A stretch of DNA of 64,000 nt from Antedon mediterranea (Eukaryota > Animalia > Echinodermata), in the NCBI RefSeq assembly GCF_964355755.1, contig NC_092676.1:22710871-22774870 (forward strand), in the 5' to 3' direction. Within the stretch, counting starts at the first letter, position 1; the number at the start of each line of letters is the position of its first letter. The notes under the pieces were generated by a model. The model was not told where the DNA came from and searched no databases. It saw only the letters and a program-made list of their open reading frames with translations. The translations under genes and the position numbers were made by a program. Shown here one piece after another: positions 54,431 to 64,000 of the stretch.

Positions 54431-54826
54431 ATTTATTTCATTTGTTGTGATATAGCGCCCTCTCTCATGCATAATATCAACGATCGATCTCTTTTTCTTC
54501 GCCGAGCATGCGATGATCCCCGGGAGGCGATATTTCCCCGAGCCTGTCATAGATTTGACATGTGCTTTTGTTGTTCTTGTTTGGGAGTAAAGTTGAAACA
54601 TCCCTTGTTTGTTTTGGTCTTTTTTAATTACAGTATAGGTACTCCGTTAAATACTAACTAGGCCTAGCTATAGAAAGCTAAAGCTGCTGGTAGTAGTAAC
54701 TTTAGTAGTACTGTATATTAGTAGTAGCCCTAAACAGAAAGTGGAGGGAAGTAAGTATCTGCTGCTGCTGTGCTTCTTCTACACATTCATTAGCTAGAGA
54801 GGCATCGACCATCATTTTTTGCCATC

Positions 54827-57800
54827 ATGACAAGCGGCAGATGCATTGTATACAATTGTCAGAATACTCGGAGAAAGAATAAGGATTGTACATTCCATCG
54901 TCTCCCATTAAATAAAAAGAGAAAAAGTTTATTGAAAAAATGGGTGTTGGCACTGAGGATGGTCAATCCCCCCATAAACAAATACTCCACCATCTGTTCT
55001 CTGCATTTCGAGCCATCATGCTTCAAGGAATTTGGAAATTTTGGTCGAGTTACGTTGAAAGCCGATGCTGTACCAACTCTTCACATGACCGATGGTTTTG
55101 CTCAATCAGATGAATTTCGAAAGAAAAGAAATCGTTCGATATCCCATGCTGCTGTTCAAACGGAACCACAGCCTCAGGATAGTGAGGTAGAGAACCCCTT
55201 AAAAAATAATGGTGTAGGCCTAGTTTAATTCGAATTTAGGCACAAATAAGAAAAAGCGCGTTACTGCGCTTCCCCGTTTCGCGAGTCTCCTCTTTTAAAA
55301 TAAGAAAAATAAACAATTAAAGTAAAAATTTCAACAAAAACTAGAATACAGGAATAACTTTATTGGTTTATGGTTTTCTTGAGATTTGATGTTTAACAAT
55401 TTCTTTTTGCTTGTAATATATATTTAAAAAAATATTCTTTGTTGAATTTTTGCAAATATATAATTTAAGGTTAATTACTAAGTGTATTTCATTTTTTTTT
55501 TAAAGTCTACATGGAGAAAAGAAGAAAAAGAAAAAATTATACTTGTCATTCCCACCTAAAAAAAGGTTGGAAGTACAAACATAGTTATTTTATTCCACGC
55601 ATGTTATGTGCATTCATTATTTCAAAAATATTTTTTTCAGGTGTCAACATCGGGCAAAAAGGACAAATCGGACAAATCTCCAAAAAAGAAAACGCAGTTA
55701 GTGGTTCATTCAGATCATGATTCAAATAATCCTGAGGTAATTTCAATTCAAAGTTATTTTTGTAGCATAATGCACTTGAAAAATATGAAGGGTGAGAGAA
55801 GTTTTTATTTTTAAAACAAATTTAATTTTTTAAACTAAAATAACTACAAATGCACATTATAAAAATATATCTTTTTTAGCAATCCACATTGCAAACAAAG
55901 GTTCAGTTAGAGGCTAATAAAGAGTCACTCTCGCCGAAGAAAAGCCATAATGATGATGATGCCGACAATGTTGAAAGTTTGGATGCAAAAGATTGTGAGG
56001 TTAGCATATTAATCGATAAGGGTCACAGGTTTTGAGTATTGGTAGGCATATCTGTCTGTAAATATATACCACTGATTCACACTATACAATAAAATCATAT
56101 TGCAAAATAGCACCCATTCACACTCATTCATCACTGATCTTGTGAAAGTGCATCTCGCTTTGCAATATAAAAGCAAATCAATTGCTCACCAAGTGCTTTA
56201 TATGTTTAATTTATGTTAATTTATTATTTGGTCTTATCATGAGATTGGCTTGCAAGGAAACCAGACTACATCAACCTTTGACACAATTGCCAGTACGTAC
56301 CAACACAATTTATGTGTAGTAGTCTAACTGAAAGTACTGTACTTCTAGGATCTGTCAAATGGTTGCGATTGGTAGTGATTGTGCAAATGTTATTGTCATC
56401 AAATACAATATGTACTCAGTAGAAATGTAAAATTTTAAACCATATTGCCTCTTAATTGTTTCATGGAAAGTGACTTCTCAATAGAAATGTCCCAATAAGG
56501 GTTCTATCTACTGTACAACATAAACTGAAACCTCTTTCAGGCATCAACATCAGGAGAAAATGGTAACAAATCAAAGCATAAAAAGAGAAATTTAGATGAT
56601 GATGATGATGATGTAGAATCACCGTCATCGAAAAAGCGCAAACATGATGATGAAGATTATGTTGCTAGCTCAGATTCAGAAGTTGAAGATTTAGATGATG
56701 AATATGAGGTAAGTATAAGATTATCAATCTCACTACTGAATATTTAATCTAAGCAAATAAATGCCGCTGTCCGTAACCAATACAAAGTGTTGCAGTATAC
56801 TGAACCGGGTGATGGATTCAGAAATTTCACATAAAATAAACAAGGCCATATACATGGCTGCAGTCGCATGCTCAGGTTAGTGATTACCGACCAACTGACG
56901 ACATAGTGAGCTGTAGAGTAAAAAAAATATTTCTAAATAGAATATACTGTACTATTAATATACTGTTACATAATAAATTGTGTGCAAAGTTTCCACAAAT
57001 TTAGGCAATCTTGTTTTTAAACACAGTTATTAGTAGTATAGTGTTTACTGTATCTCCATTTCCGTAATTGGGCCAAATAATATGTAATTACTGTACCATA
57101 CGAACATACCATATCATTACACTGTTTAGATTAATTTTTAAAGATTCATTCTACAAATTAAAAAAATCTTTTCAGCCATCAGATTCTGATGGAAGTTCAA
57201 CTAGACATAAAAGATCAGAGTTGGATGCCGACGTAGATGTGGGAGATGAGGTAAAATTCAAATTCTTTTAATTATTTATGATGGTCGTAGTCAACTCCTT
57301 TAAAAGCTCTTTACAGAACTGGTGATTTGAAATTCATTGATTTATGCTAATTTATTGACATATGGTTTAATTGCCGGCAGAAACAGGCCACGTGCCACCC
57401 TACAAAGGTCAGAAAAAACTAAAATAAGTAAATTTGTATAATGATTGTGATTTTATTATGAATTATTTAGGGGAAATCAGAGAAGTATATTGTATATGAG
57501 GAACAGCTGATGAAACTTATTAGGTGCCAGGAACCAAAATGCACCGCTCCTGTGATTGATATTGAAAAGAATCTTGTTGGCAGCATGCTTTCAATAACAG
57601 GCTCATGTCTGAAAAACCACAAGTTCAAGTGGTCATCACAGCCAAGATGTGGCGGAGTCACTGGTCGGCCGGCCGGCAACATTTGCATGACGGCTGCAGC
57701 AGTTTTCAGCGGCAACACATTCACTACTCTCAATCAGATTTGCACATTGATGAATGTGGCGTCAATCAAAAAGTCCGTTTTTTATAACATTAAAAGAGAT

Positions 57801-57869
57801 ATTTTGGAACCAAGCATCAAAGAAATGGAAGATGAGGAGAGTGATGACGAAGATGATGAAAATGCCTAG
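54827..57869 (+). CDS. THAP-domain protein with Kolobok-type transposase-derived C-terminal region, 405 aa; exons 54827-55186, 55641-55736, 55880-55999, 56541-56708, 57176-57250, 57471-57869
   Basis: Exon 1 is a full THAP (CIVYNC..FHRLP..KKW..ICSLHF..LKADAVPTL). Exons 2-5 are a charged low-complexity linker. Exon 6 reads KYIVYEEQL..L..C...C....GSML..C..NH.F.WSSQP...AGNI..AAAVFSG..F.....FY. The frame is uninterrupted and AG/GT sites are canonical. Confidence 0.8.
56840..56920 (-). mobile_element. Short Helentron/DINE-like family copy
   Basis: Minus strand ACTCTACAGCTCACTATGTCG..GTTGGTCGGTAA..GAGCATGCGACTGCAGCCATGTATATGGCCTTGTT; related copies at ~21825-21886, 29795-29830, 30273-30376(-), 40510-40590, 41116-41150(-), 46187-46276. 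Confidence 0.7.
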
Positions 57870-58218
57870 GTACATTGATTCTTGTACTAGTTTAACCATC
57901 CAGAAAAAGTTCAGTGCGAATACTCTTTAAGTTCTCCAACTTTTAACTTAATCTAACTCTCAAGTGGTTAGTTTACGGAGTAAAATTTAATTAGGAAGAT
58001 TGACTCCTAGTTTAACAAATTTGAAAAGTAGGCCTACACTGTGAATTGTGTGAGTCATTTACAATACTAAGCAAACTGAAGTAGAGATACTGTAATCACA
58101 TTGGTTGAATTTACTGCCTATGGCTCTCAGTAAAACTTTGATGATTGTGACTCGGTTAAACTTTGACTGTTGTTCTCTGTACTGTATATTACAGTAATAT
58201 TATTTGTTGAAGGATTAA

Positions 58219-58367
58219 ACCTCTGTCTACACTATAAAACTAGTTTGACAAAAAAGTGTGATGTGCCCAAATATGGTAGTAATATGCTTAAATATGGTAG
58301 TGATATGACATTGTGTCCATATATGGGCACATCACATTTTTTTTTGTATGATAGTGTAGACAGAGCT
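58219..58367. mobile_element. MITE family A copy
   Basis: TTAA|ACCTCTGTCTACACTAT ... ATAGTGTAGACAGAGCT|TTAG. Confidence 0.85.
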
Positions 58368-59293
58368 TTAGATTATATCTCAAATAATAATATGACAAAG
58401 GCCGATATCATACAATTACCATTGTATTCTACTACAGTAACATTGTTTTTATTTGTTTTAATGCAGAAGTTTGAGGCATTCACTTTGCAGTGTTTATGGT
58501 TAAAGAAATAGAAAGGAGCATATTGCATAACAGGTTAAATAGTAAACAAAATGTAGATACTGTACTGCAGTAATTGTTGACATGATCCCTTAAATCAGAA
58601 AATCAATATAAAGAATAGAGGAGTTTTAATTTTTTTTATACAGTTACGCTATTTCCAATATATAAACAAAAACATGTAGGCATTTTAATGTTTAGTACAG
58701 TAAATACTATTTTATTTTCATTTCATTTGCATTGCAAACCATGTAATATATTTATGCATATTAACCACACGTTTTTACTAATACTGTTAATATTTAGATT
58801 TTACATCTCTTTTATTTTCTACATCCTTATTTTTGTAACCAAGCACATAATTATTTTAATTAATGTTGTACAACATTTTTATTAATTTAATACATAATTT
58901 TCACATTATGATTGTGCACGTACAATAGTACATTATTCTTGGTGGAAATCAAAAGTACCAATTTTTTAAAAAGTTCAATTTTCAGTTGTTTATTTTTACT
59001 GTGTTTGTTTTATATGGTTTTTAAACATCGATTTGTTCTACAAAATGATTTAAAACACACAAAGGAAATATATAGTAGTAGTGGAATAACCATATACGAA
59101 ATCTATTCCTAATAATGTGTTTTGAAAACCTTTTAAGGCAATATATTAGTGTACTATTGATATAATTTGAATTTTCAGTTTAAAATTACCATTAAAAAAG
59201 TGGAAGTACATGAAACTTCAGATAAATAGGTAATTAAAACTTGTCGATTTTGGAACAAACATTGGTTGTCCAAGCCTCCTGCAACTCTTTTAT

Positions 59294-61915
59294 CTACTTA
59301 AATTGATCTAGGAAGGCTTTACAACTTCGATCACACTGTTCATATGCAGTTTCAAAGGCTTGTACAGGCCCCTGTAAAGCAAAAACAAAAAACAAACGTA
59401 GTATTGGTTAGTCACAGTATACCTTCAGTTTAAAAAATATGCATAATTTTGAAGGTGGGCTTATGTCGACATGGAACTTAACTCAAAGTACAGTAGCGCA
59501 AAAAATAAAGCGCAGTTTAGTTGAACATGTTCTGGAACTGAAAATTTGAATCACCTCATGCTTGTTGTATAGGCAATAGTTACAATGCAGGTTCCTATAT
59601 AACTGTGTACACGATATGGTAACCACCAGACCTAAAATTTAACTTTTTAAAATAAAATAATGACTATTTTTACGTGACGGATTGTTTTTATCATTTATGA
59701 AATATTTAGACCCACTAATCTATAATGCTGGATCCGCCCCTGGCAACTAGTTGAATGAATTTACGTTACGTTGAGCTTTATTGAATTTTAAGAAAAAACT
59801 AGTTAGCTCCCTGTCCGACTCAGGGCAAATCTTTTCAGCCATCATACACGAGAAAGTTGGGAAGATGATATCCTTGAAATTTGGTAAATTATTTTTGTTC
59901 AGTCAGTGCATTAGTATGTACAATATAATTATAAAATCCTGTCCATCAATCTTCAATGGGAGATTTGACTCCAGGAAAAGTTTGATTGAATTTCAGGACA
60001 ATACAGTTCATAAACTTACTGGATATGGGTCAATGATGATATTTGTGCTTTTGTCTGTGTCAAGGTCACCAAGTAAGATCAACTCTGAGTTACTATCCTT
60101 TGGCTTGCGTCTGTTTAGTTGCCTGTATGAAAGAAAAAAAAACTTGCATGTTATTGTTATACAATACCCCTTAAATATGGTAAGTATTTCAACATCAACA
60201 ATTATTTAAAGACCCCTTCCCTGCAATTTTGGACGTTTTTTGGAAAATAATACATATATATCACTTTAAAAACATTAAACCATGTCATTCCTTGTCTTAA
60301 ATGTACGTTTTGTGGTAAATTATGATAAAAAGTGAGAAACAATGCACTACCTAAGTAGCTCGCGGCGATCGACCTCTCGTGGACGGTCTTAGGCCTAGCC
60401 TAGCTAGGCTTAGTTTTGTAGGCCTAGCTGGTAAACATCGGTAACGTACGAACATCGTACGCTACCTATATACCTAGACTGACGTTGTAGTTGCTGCATT
60501 AATTGTCTTTCTATTTTTGCCAGACTCCGTTGATACAAATTGGGGAAAACCCGGTATTTTCGCTGAAAAGTTAGAAGTGTTCCATTTGTTTTGGCCTCAC
60601 GATCGATCGAAAAGTGGGCGAATTACAGGTGAAAAACAAAAATATCAATCCGCGCGCAATGCATTTTGGGATTTATAGCGGGCCGCTATAATTATTAGAA
60701 TCGACTTATTTTTCACATTTTTAACCGTTTAAAGACGAAAAAAGTTATCGCAATAGGATCATATAGTGTTATTTTTACATTAAATATAGTTTGTGATCTT
60801 AAATTAGATCTAAAAAACGTACTGTAGGGAAGGGGGCTTTAAGGATTTCTCAAATACATAGGAACATTTACTGTAATCTCAACCCATTTTTATTTATGTG
60901 ATTTTTAAATGTGTAAAACTGTATTTTTGCTTTCAGTTCTAATTAATACAGTGAGTCAAAAAATGCAGGTGTGTATCTACTGTGTAATCTTTACTGACCA
61001 ACCTCATATTATCTTCATCAAAACCAAAGATGTAGTTAAAATTGTAATAATCTTGAGTGGTTATCTACAAAAACAGAACAAGAGATTAATTACCTAAATA
61101 AACTACATAACATAAGTGGATGCAATAATGTGCATGTGAGAGGGAGGGTGTGGCACATGATTTGGACTTCTGATTGCAAGAAGTTGGGAGTTGAGTCTAA
61201 TGCTTGTGACTTGGCTAGACAATTCGCTCTCCACCCAAGTGTACAAATGGTTAACTGGTAAGGTCAAAGTACAAACTTCACTGATAGCTGCAACAGTAAG
61301 TTTCGATAAAAAAATGACTAGGGTAATGTTAAGTGCTTTAGAAGATTTTGAGCATTAATTAAGCACTTATGTGATAGAACTGATGTAGTTTAAGCCAACC
61401 TACACTCTGCTGGCCTTGTAGAAGGGGTAAAAATCATAACCCTACCCTACTGTTACTTTATGACTGCCGTCCACCGTAGCCTACCTGTCGTGCTATATGA
61501 CTACTGTTCTGGCGGTTATGTTTTTTAAGTGTAGCATTTGTTAGTTCATACGGTGAGTTTCCTATTTCCCAAGTAGATGTTGCAGCACTATCTATCTTCC
61601 ACACATCGGCAACACCCTTTTCTACTACTAGTTCACGGAATATTTGCTCAGCCATAACAGATCGACAGATATTGCCTGGATTCAAAAAAAAAAGTAGCTA
61701 ATATCGTACCAGCAGGCCTAGTAATAATAATTAAGGCCTAGCTAGTATAAGTACTGTACTATCTGATAGGCCTACTACTACTACTACAGAATAGATAACC
61801 TTTTTATAGTAGGCCTAGGCTTAGATATAAAATAATATTAATATTAACTTGTGGCAAAACTCTTCTTACCTAGGCATACAAATAATGCAGATTTAGTTCC
61901 CACGACGTTTGCCAT
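59294..61915 (-). CDS. ACP1: Low-molecular-weight protein tyrosine phosphatase (copy 2), 159 aa; exons 61915-61870, 61675-61485, 61064-61003, 60122-60020, 59371-59294
   Basis: LFVCLGNICRS P-loop, WKIDSAATSTWEIG, IIDPYP; exon 2-5 lengths (191, 62, 103, 78) are identical to copy 1. Confidence 0.92.
60210..60838. mobile_element. Non-autonomous Kolobok-type DNA transposon in ACP1 copy 2 intron 3
   Basis: TTAA|AGACCCCTTCCCTGCA ... TGTAGGGAAGGGGGCT|TTAA: TTAA duplication with AG...CT termini and imperfect TIRs. Confidence 0.8.
61146..61265 (+). mobile_element. Degenerate tRNA-derived SINE
   Basis: tRNA-like head (GGTGTGGC.CATG...GAGTTGAGTC) followed by CTCTCCACCCAAGTGTACAAATGG, a core motif common in invertebrate SINEs. 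Confidence 0.45.
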
Positions 61916-64000
61916 TTTTACTTTTAGTTAATTTTGTTTAAAGAAAATTGAGGTTACCAACAAAATGAATTACACAGATTGAGTGTGCCGGAGAGTACTA
62001 GTATAGATTGTGGTGTGTGTTACAGTAAGTTAAGTACAGTATGTATACAGTCAAAGAATATATATCACATTCTTTGATACAGTACAGTCAAAGAATTATA
62101 TTCAGTACTGTACAGTGTTTAGTACTCCCCCCCCGTGCCATGCATGGTTGGTTCGATGGTCACATGTGTGATCGAAACCTTACATGCGCCCTCTATCTTT
62201 CATGCTGCTTGCTGCTGCTGCAGCACCAGCAGCATTAAAAATATACTCAAAGATAGTGTAGTACTATACTGTATTGTGGCAGAAGCAGTCACTCTGCTGC
62301 TGCTACGTGATTCCCCCGCCATTTTGATGTTGCTAATGAGTAATTGAGAGAGAGGTAAACTAATAAATACTACTAGGCCTAGCCTAGTAAGTAGATAGTA
62401 CTGCAGCTAGCCTACCTACTAGCTAGGCCGGATTAGTTAGGCGGTCACAGTGCATATCGGCCGCGGGTTATGGAACGCCTAAAATCATGAAACGCCAAAA
62501 AGGACAAAATATGTATTGTTCATTTCGGCCGCCAATCGTCAATATTGTTAATGTATGGCACGCCTCAATTATAAAAAATGGTGTATACATGTGCCTATCG
62601 CCTGAATAGACGTGCGTATTCAAACAGCAAGCAGCAATCAACAAAAACGATCATACTTTTTGATTTGTATAGAGTTGCGCTATTTTACTGTCATTCGGCG
62701 GCTTCTTCCTGACTGAAATATTATATCAGGCATATAATAATTTACCTCCAGTTATATGTACTGTAATTAATATATTATATAGAGAATATACGTCTGTCCT
62801 TTATTATGCAAACAATTACGTAAAAGAGAACAATTTATTTAAAAACAATCCATTGTTATACTTATGCATACTGTGGCAGATTATATCATGTCGTTAACAA
62901 CATACTATTCGATCACATAATTTTTATTTTTTTATTTTATTTACATACTTTATGTAGGATAATATTATTAAGTGTACAATAATAATTGTTGAGACAAGTC
63001 ACGTGTATACTTTTATTTCTAATGTTTAAAATAGTTGTTAGTAAAAATGATCATTATATGCGGATGGTTAAAAGGCGAGTTACTGAAATAAACCCCCAAA
63101 TAAGCCATATTGGGGGAGATGCGCCTTCTATGATCGTGCAGCTGTTTCCTCTAACAATGCGTTATTTTGCTGACGGGGTTTCCCCTTTTTAAAAAGCACG
63201 CACCTTGTTAGTATGTCAAATCATGGACAAAACACGTACGATCGTTGTCCATGGCCAGGTAAAGATGACGTCTATTACTAATAACCATACTTTTAAAACG
63301 TCTATAGGCCTCCTGCACGTGTTTTTGTGAAACGATGTATATAATTTACGTATACTGTACGTCGATACTATAGATTTTAATTTGAAAAATATCTTTAATT
63401 TCTTTATTTACAATAATCATTTAATGTAAATAATTAAGTAAGTAGTCTCACATAACATCCATACGACGTTCGTAAATCTAAATGTTTAAATATCAGTACC
63501 TCTTTGAGAATCGTGTCCACCTTTATTATCCATACATTATTCTCACATCTATCATTGTACATCATAGACATACTGTAGGGCTGGTAGATTGATTTATAAC
63601 TGAATATTATCTATGATATTTTATTATTATCCTAAACCATGCTCACGTCAGAGTGGCAGATATCGAATGCAAAAATCATCATCATGCATCAAATTCCTTT
63701 ATTGCATAAACCTCATTGAGCTGGTATCCACTTGCAGGTATAGAACGAGTTTCGTAATTAACTGTGATTAAAAAATACGCAATAGGCGCGTCTACTTGTT
63801 TAACTATTAAATTATTATTTATTTTCAAAACCTTAAACAACGGCATGCTAAAAGAACACATTACAATTCATTAAAACCTGTAAGATAAAATGGAAACACA
63901 AATTATTTATAAATAATGAGATAAATATTAATATTTACTGTACTTAAAAAATAACGATCGAGGTTTAAAAAAATGTCAAACAGTATTATTAGAAATTCCA

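Noticed and set aside
58170-58511. 113-aa ORF downstream of the THAP gene as a possible continuation or KolX partner
   Set aside because: It spans MITE family A, has a non-ATG start, and shows no DDE or Cys-rich KolX-like motifs.
61146-61225. Possible tRNA gene
   Set aside because: No intact cloverleaf or B box; better explained as a decayed SINE head.

Overview
AT-rich, intron-containing animal genomic DNA. It is most likely a marine invertebrate deuterostome (echinoderm-like), which is an inference from gene content, a Deu/Nin-type SINE remnant and composition. Left to right: (1) probable 5' exons of a minus-strand gene diverging from a 4-coding-exon SIAH E3 ligase; (2) two tandem ELOVL6-like fatty-acid elongases with intronless CDSs; (3) an 8-exon FAM199X-like gene; (4) a ~22 kb cluster of seven histamine N-methyltransferase-like copies (four intact, three pseudogenes, with mosaic paralogs); (5) P-element/THAP9 transposase remnants; (6) two tandem low-molecular-weight protein tyrosine phosphatase (ACP1-like) genes flanking an intact, spliced THAP gene whose last exon looks like the pre-catalytic part of a Kolobok-type transposase. 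Many non-autonomous elements are interspersed (TTAA-flanked AG...CT elements, a Harbinger-type MITE, Helentron/DINE-like repeats, LINE tails, SINE remnants). The best novelty candidates are the apparently domesticated, catalytically truncated THAP-Kolobok gene and the HNMT-like array with a remodelled substrate pocket. Exon boundaries were read manually from GT-AG sites and frame continuity; no database searches were run.
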